This document shows positions 52,488 to 61,980 of a stretch of DNA of 64,000 bases, piece by piece. The notes beneath the pieces are model-generated. The model saw only the letters and a program-made list of their open reading frames with translations, was not told where the DNA came from and did no database searches. Numbering within the stretch: position 1 is the first letter of the stretch; every line of letters starts with the position of its first letter. The position numbers and the translations under genes are program-made. Origin of the DNA: Kineosporiaceae bacterium (lineage in GTDB: Bacteria; Actinomycetota; Actinomycetes; Actinomycetales; Kineosporiaceae); the NCBI GenBank assembly GCA_046330955.1, contig JAXLRT010000023.1, forward strand, positions 17,925-81,924, written 5' to 3'.

Positions 52488-55223
52488 TCACCCCACAGAA
52501 TTGGCCACGACCCCCCGCCGCACCCCCTCGATCGCCGCCGAAGCACTCCGACGCAAGGCATCGTCCCCCGACTCGGCCGCGGCCGACTGGATCTGCCCCA
52601 GCAGGTCGATGATCTGCCGGCACCACCGGACGAAGTCCCCTGCCGACAGTTCCCCCGCCTGCTGGCTGCCGAGCACGTCGGCCAGTCCCCGCCCGCTCGC
52701 CCAGCGGTGCACCGCCCAGGCCAGGTTGAGGTCCACGTCGCGGGTGGTGTCGAGCCGGTGCTGTTCCTCCTGGTCGGTCAGCTCCGACCAGATCCGCACG
52801 GTCTGGTGCAGCGCCGTCCGGACCGCACCGGCGGGCAGCCGAGGTTCGGCGTCCCGGCCGTCACCGCGCGATTCGTAGACCACGGCGCTGACGCACGCGG
52901 CCAGGCCCGGTCCGTCGAGCCCCGACCAGAGCCCGGCCCGCAGGCACTCGGCGACCAGCAGGTCGGACTCGGTGTAGATCCGGCGCAGCAGCCGCCCCGC
53001 GGTCGAGATCTCCAGTTCACCCGACGTGCCGACACGGAGGTAGCCGCGTTCGGTGAGCAGGTCGCAGACCCGGTCGAACACCCGGGCGATGGTGTTGGTC
53101 CGGCCGTCGATCCGGCGCCGCAACGCCTCGGTGTCGCGCTGCAGCTTGTGGTGCCGTTCGGCCCAGCGCGCGTGATCCTCGCGTTCGGCGCAGCCGTGAC
53201 AGGGATGGGCGCGCAGCTCCGCACGCAACCGGGCGACCTTCTCGGAGGTCGCGTCGTCCGGCGCCCCCCGGCCCCGATCGCGTCCGGGCCCGGCGGCCGG
53301 TTGATCGTGCGTGGTCAGCAGAGTGCGCAGGCTCGATGCCAGGTCGCGCCGAGCATGTGGGCTGCGGGCATCGAAACTCTTGGGCAGTGACATCCGGGTC
53401 ACCGGCTCGACCCCGTGCGGCACATCGGTCAGGCTGACGCGGCGCAGCCGGTGCCCGTCGGTGACCACGGTCGGTCGCGGGCCGTCGGCATCGGAGCTGC
53501 CGGTCGTGTCGACCACCACCGCCCAGGCGGCGCGGCGGCCGGCCCCGATCCGGATCACGTCGCCGCGGCGCAGTTGCTCCAGCGAGGCGATGGCATCGAG
53601 CCGACGACCGGCGGCGGCCGACCGGGACGACTCGGCCTCGAGGCGCCCGATCCGGCGGCGCAACGCCATGTACTCCGCGAACTCGCCCAGGTGACAGGTC
53701 ATCGCCTCGGTGTAGCCGGCGAGCGCCTCCTCCTGGCGGCGCAACTGCCGGGCCAGACCGACCACGCCCTGGTCGGCCTGGTACTGGGCGAAGGAGGTCT
53801 CGAGGATCTGCCGCGCCCGCTCGCGGCCCACCTGGGCCACCAGGTTGACGGCCATGTTGTAGGTCGGTCGAAAGCTCGACCGCAGCGGGTAGGTGCGGGT
53901 CGAGGCGAGCCCGGCCAGGGCGTGGGGGTCGAGACCCTCGTGCCACAGCACCACCGCGTGGCCCTCGATGTCGATGCCGCGCCGTCCGGCCCGGCCGGTG
54001 AGTTGGGTGTACTCGGCGGGCGTGATGTCGGCGTGGGTCTCGCCGTTCCACTTGATCAGCTTCTCGAGCACCACGGTGCGGGCGGGCATGTTGATGCCCA
54101 GCGCCAGCGTCTCGGTGGCGAAGACCACCTTGACCAACCCCGCGGCGAACAGCTGCTCGACGACCTCCTTGAAGGTGGGCAGCAGTCCGGCATGGTGCGC
54201 GGCGATGCCGCGCTGGAGCGCCTCGAGCCAGGTGCGATACCCCAGGACGGCGCGGTCGGCGTCCGGGATCGCGGTCGTGCCCTCGGCCACGATCTGGGCG
54301 ATCTGCTCGCGCTCGGCAGCAGTCGTCAACCGCAGCCCGCTGGCCAGGCACTGCTCGACGGCGGCCTCGCACCCCGCCCGGCTGAAGACGAAGGTGATCG
54401 CCGGCAGCAGGCCCGCGCGATCGAGCATCGCGATCACCTCGGGACGGGCCGGCGGACGACGCCGCGGGCCGCGCGATCCCGGCCCCCGTCCGCGGGTGCG
54501 CCCACCCGGTCGGGTCTGGCGGCGATAGGTCTCACGCAGCTCGGGGTTCACCCGGGGCTCACCGTGCCCGGCGTGCGCCCCGGGGTGGCTGCCCTCGGCG
54601 AACAGGTCGACGATGCCGCCGGCGGTCAGCACGTGCTGCCACAACGGCACCGGTCGGTGTTCCCAGACCACCACGTCGGTGTCGCCGCGCACCTCGGCGA
54701 GCCAGGCGCCGAACTCCTCGGCGTTGCTGACCGTCGCCGACAGCGAGGCGATCTGCACCTGCTGCGGCAGGTGGATGATGACCTCTTCCCACACCGGGCC
54801 GCGGAACCGGTCGGCCAGGTAGTGCACCTCGTCCATCACGACGAAGCCGAGCCCGGCCAGGGTCGGTGAGTCGGCGTAGAGCATGTTGCGCAGCACCTCG
54901 GTGGTCATCACGACCACCGGCGCCTCACTGTTGATCGCGGTGTCGCCGGTCAGCAACCCCACCCGGTCGGCGCCGTACCGGGCCACCAGATCGGTGTACT
55001 TCTGGTTCGACAGCGCCTTGATCGGGGTGGTGTAGAAGGCCTTGCGGCCCTCGGCGAGTGCCAGATGGACGGCGAACTCCCCCACCACCGTCTTGCCCGA
55101 CCCGGTGGGAGCCGCCACCAGGACGCCGCGCCCGCCCTCGAGCGCACGGCACGCACGCACCTGGAAATCGTCGAGGACGAAGTCGTACCCGGCCGCGAAG
55201 CCCTCGAGCCGGTTGGTGGACAC
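52488..55223 (-). CDS. helY: Ski2-like DEAD/DEAH-box RNA helicase HelY
   Basis: AAPTGSGKT and MDEVHY (DEVH) are present, with the long C-terminal arch/DSHCT-like region. 911 aa. Confidence 0.92.
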   Translation of the reverse strand: MSTNRLEGFAAGYDFVLDDFQVRACRALEGGRGVLVAAPTGSGKTVVGEFAVHLALAEGRKAFYTTPIKALSNQKYTDLVARYGADRVGLLTGDTAINSEAPVVVMTTEVLRNMLYADSPTLAGLGFVVMDEVHYLADRFRGPVWEEVIIHLPQQVQIASLSATVSNAEEFGAWLAEVRGDTDVVVWEHRPVPLWQHVLTAGGIVDLFAEGSHPGAHAGHGEPRVNPELRETYRRQTRPGGRTRGRGPGSRGPRRRPPARPEVIAMLDRAGLLPAITFVFSRAGCEAAVEQCLASGLRLTTAAEREQIAQIVAEGTTAIPDADRAVLGYRTWLEALQRGIAAHHAGLLPTFKEVVEQLFAAGLVKVVFATETLALGINMPARTVVLEKLIKWNGETHADITPAEYTQLTGRAGRRGIDIEGHAVVLWHEGLDPHALAGLASTRTYPLRSSFRPTYNMAVNLVAQVGRERARQILETSFAQYQADQGVVGLARQLRRQEEALAGYTEAMTCHLGEFAEYMALRRRIGRLEAESSRSAAAGRRLDAIASLEQLRRGDVIRIGAGRRAAWAVVVDTTGSSDADGPRPTVVTDGHRLRRVSLTDVPHGVEPVTRMSLPKSFDARSPHARRDLASSLRTLLTTHDQPAAGPGRDRGRGAPDDATSEKVARLRAELRAHPCHGCAEREDHARWAERHHKLQRDTEALRRRIDGRTNTIARVFDRVCDLLTERGYLRVGTSGELEISTAGRLLRRIYTESDLLVAECLRAGLWSGLDGPGLAACVSAVVYESRGDGRDAEPRLPAGAVRTALHQTVRIWSELTDQEEQHRLDTTRDVDLNLAWAVHRWASGRGLADVLGSQQAGELSAGDFVRWCRQIIDLLGQIQSAAAESGDDALRRSASAAIEGVRRGVVANSVG

Positions 55224-55257
55224 GGCCCCACGCTATCGAGATCTCCCGCGGCGCGGG

Positions 55258-56190
55258 TCACGCACCCGGCGGGGCCAGCAGCTGGATCGCGCCCGGGACG
55301 ACCTCGCAGCTCATCGGCAGCGGGGCCAGCCGCTCGCCGTCCGCGTACCCCACGATGCCCGCTGCCTCGATGCGCACCGTACGAGCCCGGGTCAGCGTCA
55401 CCGCCGGGTGGCTCAGGTGCTCGCCGCGGAACACCTTGGGGAACAGCCGGATCAACGCCCGCCGGGGCATCGGCCCGGCGATCACCACGTCGAGCAGGCC
55501 GTCGTCCATCAGCGCACCGGCACAGATCCGCATGCCACCCCCGTAGGCGGGTCCGTTGCCGACGGCCACCAGGACCGCGCCCGTATCGCGCCGCTCGCCG
55601 TCCAGCCGGATCGTGTACTGCCGGGCGTGGAACACCGGCAGCTCGCGGACGATGGCCAGGTCGTACCGCAGCCGGCCGCGCGGCCAGGACCAGCCGTTGG
55701 CGCGCTCGTTGACGATGCTGTCGAACCCGGCGCTGAGCACCCCGCTGAACCAGCCGGACGCCCCGGCGTCGTCCCGCCAGCGGGCGGCGTCCACGGTTCG
55801 GCGGTGGCCGCAGGACAGGGCATCGCGGACGACGCGCGCTGCCGCGACGGGGTCCCCCACCGGCAGGCCGAGTTCGCGGGCGTTGTCGTTGCCGGTACCC
55901 GCCGCGACGATGCCCAGCGGGGTGGGGGTGCCGGCCACCAGGTTCACCCCCAGGTGAACCATGCCGTCCCCGCCGACCACGACCAGGGCGGCGGCGCCGT
56001 CCTCGAGCGCCCGGCGGGCGCGCTCGCGCAGGGCGAGGGCGTTCTCGGCGATCAGCAGCTCTGCCGTGATCGAGGGAGCGGCCGGGTCGTCGCCGTCCTG
56101 CAGGATGGCCACGACGTCGTCGCCGGCCCGGGCGCCGTGACCGCCACCGGCCGTCGGGTTGACCGCGACGACCACCGAGATCGACGTCAT
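55258..56190 (-). CDS. Diacylglycerol kinase family lipid kinase
   Basis: VAVNPTAGGGHG, VVVGGDGMVH and AAGTGNDNAR are present. Confidence 0.88.
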   Translation of the reverse strand: MTSISVVVAVNPTAGGGHGARAGDDVVAILQDGDDPAAPSITAELLIAENALALRERARRALEDGAAALVVVGGDGMVHLGVNLVAGTPTPLGIVAAGTGNDNARELGLPVGDPVAAARVVRDALSCGHRRTVDAARWRDDAGASGWFSGVLSAGFDSIVNERANGWSWPRGRLRYDLAIVRELPVFHARQYTIRLDGERRDTGAVLVAVGNGPAYGGGMRICAGALMDDGLLDVVIAGPMPRRALIRLFPKVFRGEHLSHPAVTLTRARTVRIEAAGIVGYADGERLAPLPMSCEVVPGAIQLLAPPGA

Positions 56191-56192
56191 CG

Positions 56193-57086
56193 TCAGGTGG
56201 CGTCGTCGAAACGTTGACCAGGGCCCTGGTCGAGGTCGTCGAGGGGCGTCGGATCATCGATCGGGGTCGGGGCATCGATCGCGCTGGTCTCGTCGTCCGA
56301 CAGCCCCGCGAAGGCGGCGCGCTTGGCGCGGCGACGATCCATCAACGCGGAGAAGCCGACCGCGAGCGCGTACAGGCCACACATCGGCAGCGCCAGCGCC
56401 AGCATCGAGCCGGCGTCCGGGGTGGGCGAGGCGATGGCGGCGAACAGGAAGACCAGGAACACCGCGATCCGCCAGCTGCGCGCCATCGCCGCGGCACTCA
56501 CCAGCCCGGCCAGGTTCAGCGCCACCAGGAACAGCGGCAGCAGGAAGGCCAGCCCGAAGGCGAGCAGCAGCCGGGTGACGAAGGCGAAGTACTTCTCGGC
56601 GCTGGGCAGCAGCGAGGTGCCCGGCTCGGCGAAGTCGGCGAAGAAGGTGACTGCGTTCGGCAACACCAGCCAGCCGATCCAGATGCCGGCGGCGAACAAC
56701 GGCGCCCCGACCGCCGAGAAGGCCATGGCGTGGCGCTTCTCGCGCCGGGTCAGGCCCGGGACGACGAACGCCCACAGCTGGTACAGCCACACCGGGCTGG
56801 CCAGCAGGATGCCCAGGTACATCGACATGGACAGGTGGAGGTTGAAGGCCCCCATCAGATCGGCGAAGTTGATGTTCGCCGTGATGCCCCGCTCGCGAGC
56901 GATCCTGAGCAGCGGCTGCTGCACCGCCTGGAACAACCGCGGATAGACGAACCACCCGCCGAGCGCGCCCAGGATGATGGCGACGGCCGCGATCAGCAGT
57001 CGTCGGCGCAGCTCGGCCAGGTGTTCCCGCAGGGGCATCCGCCCCTCGGGGTTCTTACCGGCACGCCGCGGCGTCATCACGGCCAC
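56193..57086 (-). CDS. tatC: Twin-arginine translocase subunit TatC
   Basis: MPLREHLAELRRRLL... with six TM segments. Confidence 0.92.
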   Translation of the reverse strand: MAVMTPRRAGKNPEGRMPLREHLAELRRRLLIAAVAIILGALGGWFVYPRLFQAVQQPLLRIARERGITANINFADLMGAFNLHLSMSMYLGILLASPVWLYQLWAFVVPGLTRREKRHAMAFSAVGAPLFAAGIWIGWLVLPNAVTFFADFAEPGTSLLPSAEKYFAFVTRLLLAFGLAFLLPLFLVALNLAGLVSAAAMARSWRIAVFLVFLFAAIASPTPDAGSMLALALPMCGLYALAVGFSALMDRRRAKRAAFAGLSDDETSAIDAPTPIDDPTPLDDLDQGPGQRFDDAT

Positions 57087-57095
57087 GGCGCGCGG

Positions 57096-57332
57096 TCAGG
57101 CGTCGCGACGCGGGTCGGTGACCGGGTCGACGCTCGGGATGCTGCCGCCCTCGACGGCTTGCGGCGTGCGGGGGGCGTCGTCGTCCTTGAGGTCCTTGAC
57201 CTCGGCCTTGAGGATGCGCAGCGAGCGACCGACACCGCGCGCCGCGTCCGGCAGCCGCTTGGCTCCGAACAGCACGATGACGACGATGAGCAAGACGACG
57301 AGGTGCCATCCCTCGAACAGACCACGCACCAT
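57096..57332 (-). CDS. tatA: Twin-arginine translocase subunit TatA/E
   Basis: [34 protein letters not shown]. Confidence 0.92.
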   Translation of the reverse strand: MVRGLFEGWHLVVLLIVVIVLFGAKRLPDAARGVGRSLRILKAEVKDLKDDDAPRTPQAVEGGSIPSVDPVTDPRRDA

Positions 57333-57384
57333 GAGAGCTGCCCCTTCGGTCGGACGTTGCGGACATGCTACGTCCCGTTGGCCC

Positions 57385-57669
57385 TCAGCGGCGCCGCGCC
57401 CTCGACACCCGCTCCTGACGCAACCGTTGCGGGCTGTCGAACACCGCCGGTACGGCTGACGCCGTCGACGCGGCGGCGCCCCGCGCAGCCTGAGCCGCCT
57501 CCAGCTGGTCGAGCTGATCGGTGACCACCTCGAGCTGGGCCGATGCCGTGCTCAGCTCGTCGAACAGCGCCATGGCCTTGCGCCACACCGAGCGCGCCTG
57601 GACGAACAGCACCCAGCCGCCACCCAGGGCGATCAGCACGAAGACGATCAGCCAGGCCCACCAGATCAC
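57385..57669 (-). CDS. Small hypothetical membrane protein (one N-terminal TM helix + coiled C-terminus)
   Basis: [23 protein letters not shown]... I recognised no family. Confidence 0.55.
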   Translation of the reverse strand: MIWWAWLIVFVLIALGGGWVLFVQARSVWRKAMALFDELSTASAQLEVVTDQLDQLEAAQAARGAAASTASAVPAVFDSPQRLRQERVSRARRR

Positions 57670-57734
57670 CCGGGCAGCCTAACGCTCCCCCGCGTCCCTA
57701 CGAGATGGGTGAGGATGGCGAGGATGGAGTGGTG

Positions 57735-58103
57735 TCAGATGGCGGTCTCGGGCTCGGTGCTCAGCGGCAGGCCGGTGGGTTGCCCGGTGGCCGCCGCGGC
57801 GGCCACCAGATCGGCGTGGTCGAGCCACAGCGCGAAGTCGAGCACGTCGTCGTAGCTCAGGGCGGGGCCGTGATGCTCCTCGAGCGCCTCGGCCGGCACC
57901 GACCACGGCTCGGCGATGACACCGCCGGAGATCAGCAGGGCGACGACGTCACGTCCGGCCGGCTTGCGGATCTCCTCCAGGCAGGTGCCGCAGGTGAATG
58001 CGTAGTACGACCAGGCCTTCACCGAGCAGACGACCAGTCGGACCTGAGGTGGGGTGAGCTCTACGTCACCGCAGCTCGGGCACGACGCCTTGATCGTCGT
58101 CAT
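57735..58103 (-). CDS. Hypothetical Cys4 zinc-ribbon-like protein
   Basis: CPSCGD...26 aa...CGTC. 122 aa. I recognised no family. Confidence 0.55.
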   Translation of the reverse strand: MTTIKASCPSCGDVELTPPQVRLVVCSVKAWSYYAFTCGTCLEEIRKPAGRDVVALLISGGVIAEPWSVPAEALEEHHGPALSYDDVLDFALWLDHADLVAAAAATGQPTGLPLSTEPETAI

Positions 58104-58335
58104 GGTGGGGGCCTCCCTTGGTTGTCGATGCCGGTACCCGTCAAACCAGTCGGTAGCACTCTGCAGTCACATGAGTACTCTCGGTTAACACTGGTGTCAT
58201 CGTGGCAGGTGCTTCCGCACCCTCGACCGCGCGACACGACGCCCACAGACCGCCACGGAAGAATCAGCGGAACGGCCGATCAGTGGGTGGCCAGAAGGGC
58301 CAGGTGAGTCTCGGGCGAGTCGCGTGTAACGCGGC

Positions 58336-59289
58336 TCAATAGGCCGCGAGCGCGCCGTCCGCCAGCTCCGCGACCCGGGCCGCCACCTCGGCCGGGGCCA
58401 GCACCCGCATCGACCCGCCGAGCTGCAGCGCGAGCCGGGGCAGCCAGTCGGGCGAGGCAGTGCGCAGCCACACCTGCAGCCCGCCGTCGGGCAGTTCCAC
58501 CGCCTGCTCGATCGGGTAGTACTCCGCCACCCATCGGGCCTGGCGGGTCAGCTCGACGGTGACGACCAGGTCATCCGGCGAGGCGGTGAACAGCCCCTCG
58601 TCCACGTCCGGGGCGACCGCTCCGGCGGGCGGGGTGCCGTCGACGTCCAGCAGGTGCACGCTGACCACCCGGTCGAGGCGGAAGCGGCGCACGCTCTCGG
58701 CCCGATGGCACCAGCCGTCCAGGTACCAGCGGTCCCCCACGGTGACCACGCGGATCGGATCGACATCCCGCTCGGTGGTCTCGTCGCGGCTGGGCACCAG
58801 GTATGCGAGGTGCAGCCGCCGGTGCCGGCGGACCGCCTCGCGCATCGTGCTCAAGGTGGTCTCGTTCGCCCCGCGGGACAGGTCGACCGTGAGGGTCGCG
58901 GCAGCGGCCGCGGCGTCCCCCGCGGCACTGGACAGCTTGGTCAACGCCGACTCGAGCGCGTCCCGATCGTGCAACCCGGGCACCTCGGCCAGGGTGCGCA
59001 GGCCGACCAGCAGGGCCACGGCCTCGTCGATGCCCAGGCGCAGCGGACGGGCGATCGCATCGGCATTGCGCAGGTAGATCCGGCCGGACTCCCAGTCGGC
59101 GTCGATCAGGTCGTCCGGCAGGTGCCCTGGCGTGCCGCAGACGAACAACAACTCGAGGTCCTTGACCAGCTCGGCCTCGGTGATCTCGAAGTGCGCCGCC
59201 GCCTCGGCCAGCGGCACCCCCTGACGCTGCAGCAGCCAGGGCACCATGGTCAGCAACCGCGACAGCCGGTTGGTCGCCCCGAGGTTCAT
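58336..59289 (-). CDS. pafC: PafC (HTH-WYL transcriptional regulator, proteasome accessory factor C)
   Basis: NRLSRLLTMVPWLLQRQGVPLAEAAAHFEITEAELVKDLELLFVCG. It is the second gene of an overlapping pair, as in pafBC. Confidence 0.85.
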   Translation of the reverse strand: MNLGATNRLSRLLTMVPWLLQRQGVPLAEAAAHFEITEAELVKDLELLFVCGTPGHLPDDLIDADWESGRIYLRNADAIARPLRLGIDEAVALLVGLRTLAEVPGLHDRDALESALTKLSSAAGDAAAAAATLTVDLSRGANETTLSTMREAVRRHRRLHLAYLVPSRDETTERDVDPIRVVTVGDRWYLDGWCHRAESVRRFRLDRVVSVHLLDVDGTPPAGAVAPDVDEGLFTASPDDLVVTVELTRQARWVAEYYPIEQAVELPDGGLQVWLRTASPDWLPRLALQLGGSMRVLAPAEVAARVAELADGALAAY

Positions 59290-60299
59290 CGCGCCGGCTC
59301 CGGGTCCTGCGCCGGTACCGCGTGCACCGATCGGGCGCCACGCAGCAGGGCGATCACCCGGTCGCGCAGGTCCTCGGGGGCATGCACCACGACGTCCGGG
59401 CCGTACCCGGCCAACTGCTGCGCCAGCTGGGCGGCGTCCCCGATGGTCAGTTCGACCACGTCCCAGCCACTGGCCGACGCCTGCGGGTCGTCGAGGGCGC
59501 GGGCGCCGTCCCGCAGCCGCAGGGCGGTGCCGCGACCGGGACGCAGCTGTACCCGAGCGGTTCGCTCGTCCTGCTCTGCTCGGCCGTGGCGCACCATGGC
59601 GGCAGGGTCGAGATCATCCGGTTTGACCACGCTGCCGGCCGCCCCGATGCGACGGATGCCGCCCTCGATGCGGGACAGCTTGAACGCCCGTGGCGCCGAT
59701 CGGGCGCGATCGAAACCCACCAGGTACCACCAGCCGCCGCGGGCGGTCAGTGCCCAGGGCTCGACCTTGCGTTCGGCCGCCTTCGCCTCGCCCGGCTTGC
59801 GGTAGCGGAAGGCCACCGGGGCGGCGTCCCGGGTGGCCGCGTAGAGCGGTTCGAACGACGGCTCGGCAGCGCGGACCCGCGGCTCGACGCCGACCAGGGT
59901 CTCGGCGTCCACCGCGACGCCCGACGATCGGAGCTTGACCATCGCGCGGGCGGCCGGCCCGGCCAGGCTCGCCTGCTGCCACACCCGGCTGGCCAGCCCC
60001 AGCACGGCCAGCTCCTCGGCGGTCAGGTCGACAGCGGGCAGTTCGTAGCTGGTGCGATCGATGCGATAGCCGACCTCGTCCTCGAACCAAGCCTCGTACG
60101 AGCCGGTCACCAGCGGGACGCCGAGCTCGCGCAGATCCTCCTTGTCGCGCTCGAACATGCGGTCGAAGGCCTCGACGGATTCGCAGCGCTCGTACTGTGG
60201 AACTGCACGCCGGATCTGCTCCTTGGTCAGCCACCGCGTGGTTGCCGCCAGGGCGATGACCAGATTGAGCAGCCGTTCGGTACGGTTCGTCGCGGGCAT
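59286..60299 (-). CDS. pafB: PafB (HTH-WYL transcriptional regulator, proteasome accessory factor B)
   Basis: MPATNRTERLLNLVIALAATTRWLTKEQIRRAVPQY...FERDKEDLRELGVPL...WYLVGFD (WYL). The start is ATG 60299. Confidence 0.85.
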   Translation of the reverse strand: MPATNRTERLLNLVIALAATTRWLTKEQIRRAVPQYERCESVEAFDRMFERDKEDLRELGVPLVTGSYEAWFEDEVGYRIDRTSYELPAVDLTAEELAVLGLASRVWQQASLAGPAARAMVKLRSSGVAVDAETLVGVEPRVRAAEPSFEPLYAATRDAAPVAFRYRKPGEAKAAERKVEPWALTARGGWWYLVGFDRARSAPRAFKLSRIEGGIRRIGAAGSVVKPDDLDPAAMVRHGRAEQDERTARVQLRPGRGTALRLRDGARALDDPQASASGWDVVELTIGDAAQLAQQLAGYGPDVVVHAPEDLRDRVIALLRGARSVHAVPAQDPEPAR

Positions 60300-60360
60300 C
60301 ACCGGTGACGCTACCCGAGGCGGGGCGTCACGGTCGCGAGGTCGGGCGGAGGAAAGCGAC

Positions 60361-61500
60361 GTGAGTGGCTGGCGCGAGGGCAGGGTCACCTCCCTCGATG
60401 CCGAGTGGGACGGTGCGTTGGAGTGCACCGTCGACGTGCTGGACGACGCCACGCGCACCTGGACGGCGGTGCGTGCCCTGGCCTACCCCGCGCTGGTCGG
60501 CCGCCCGATCGTCGGCGACCTGGTGCTGCTCAACACCGCTGCGCTCGAGGCAGGGCTCGGCACCGGGGGGTACGCGTTCATCGTCGCGATCCCTCATCGG
60601 GCGGCGACGGGGGTCGCGCTCGGCCCGGGGCACGTGGTCAAGGCGCGGTACACCCCGCAACAGATCATGGTCCTGGGGGTGGACGAGGAGGCCTCACCGC
60701 ATCACGCGCTGCTGCGGGACGCCGACGACCTGGGTGGTATGCCGGTGATCGTCGCCGATCTGCACTCGCACCTGCCGGCGGTGATCGCCGGCATCCGGGC
60801 GGACTGGCCGCTCACCGCGCCGCCGCCCCGGGTCGCCTACGTCATGACGGACGGCGCCAGCCTGCCGGCCTGGTTCTCGCGGGCGGTCGCCGGGCTGCGT
60901 GCCGCGACGTGGATCGACGCCTGCATCACGGTCGGGCAGGCCTTCGGCGGGGATCTCGAGGCGGTGAGCCTGCACACCGGCCTACTGGCCGCGCGGCTCG
61001 TGGTCAACGCGGACATCACCGTGGTGACCCCTGGCCCGGGCGTGGTCGGCACCGGGACCCGCTGGGGGTTCAGCGGCGTGGCCACCGGCGAGGCGGTGAA
61101 CGCCGCGGCGACCCTGCGCGGGCGACCGGTGGCGACCCTGCGGATCTCTGCGGCCGACGCCCGTGCCCGGCACCGCGGCGTCTCGCACCACACCCTGACC
61201 GCACTCGGCCGGGTCGCGCTGGCCACGGCCGACGTGGTGGTGCCGAAGCTGGGCGTTCCCGGTCAGGACGGCGAGGCCTGGGCCGACGTCGGGGTGGAGG
61301 TCCGGGCGGCCGCGGCCACGCTGGCCCCGCCGACCGGTCGGCACAACCTGGTCGAGGTGGGCCTGGACGGCTTGCGCGCAGCCCTGGACGACAGCCCGGT
61401 GCGGCTGTCGACCATGGGCCGCGGCGTGGACGCCGACGAGCCGGCCTTCCTGGCGGCCGCGGCCGCCGGCCGGCACGCCGTGGCGTTGCTGGGCGCCTGA
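60361..61500 (+). CDS. DUF3866 family protein
   Basis: VSGWREGRVTSL...ALAYPALVGRPIVGDLVLLNTAALEAGLGTGGYAFIVA... The start GTG 60361 follows GGAGGA. The family assignment is from memory. Confidence 0.65.
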   Translation: MSGWREGRVTSLDAEWDGALECTVDVLDDATRTWTAVRALAYPALVGRPIVGDLVLLNTAALEAGLGTGGYAFIVAIPHRAATGVALGPGHVVKARYTPQQIMVLGVDEEASPHHALLRDADDLGGMPVIVADLHSHLPAVIAGIRADWPLTAPPPRVAYVMTDGASLPAWFSRAVAGLRAATWIDACITVGQAFGGDLEAVSLHTGLLAARLVVNADITVVTPGPGVVGTGTRWGFSGVATGEAVNAAATLRGRPVATLRISAADARARHRGVSHHTLTALGRVALATADVVVPKLGVPGQDGEAWADVGVEVRAAAATLAPPTGRHNLVEVGLDGLRAALDDSPVRLSTMGRGVDADEPAFLAAAAAGRHAVALLGA

Positions 61501-61504
61501 CGGC

Positions 61505-61903
61505 TCAGCCGACGCCGACCAGGTCGACCACGAAGATCAGCGTCTCGTTCGGGCCGATCGCCCGGCCGGCACCCCGGCTGCCGTACGCCAGGTGCGGCGG
61601 GATGACCAGCCGGCGTCGTCCGCCGACCTTCATGCCCGCGATGCCCTGGTCCCAACCGGCGATGACCTGGCCGACCCCGAGCCGGAAGTCCAGGGCCGAG
61701 CCCCGGCTCCAGGAAGCGTCGAACTCCTCACCCGTCGAGAAGGACACCCCGACGTAGTGCGCGCTGACGCGGCTGCCCGCGGTGGCCTCGGCGCCGGTGC
61801 CCTCGACCTCGTCGATGATCTGCAGCTCGGCCGGCGGCTCGCCCCCCGGGAAATCGATCTCCGGCTTGCCGCGCCCGTTCAGGACGTCGTCGCTCACGTG
61901 CAT
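61505..61903 (-). CDS. FKBP-type peptidyl-prolyl cis-trans isomerase
   Basis: YVGVSFSTGEEFDASWSRGSALDFRLGVGQVIAGWDQGIAGMKVGGRRRLVIPPHLAYG. Confidence 0.92.
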   Translation of the reverse strand: MHVSDDVLNGRGKPEIDFPGGEPPAELQIIDEVEGTGAEATAGSRVSAHYVGVSFSTGEEFDASWSRGSALDFRLGVGQVIAGWDQGIAGMKVGGRRRLVIPPHLAYGSRGAGRAIGPNETLIFVVDLVGVG

Positions 61904-61980
61904 CTCCTCGGTCTCGGTGGGTCTGGGGTCGTGCAGGTCGGTGTGTCGCGCCGGGGTGTCGCGTTCGTTCGGGAGCCGGC

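Noticed and set aside
58104-58335. PafBC-dependent RecA-NDp promoter motif (TGTCGGTG-N8-TAnnnT) upstream of the zinc-ribbon gene.
   Set aside because: The closest string (CACCAGTG...TACTCA) fails on both spacing and the -10 hexamer.
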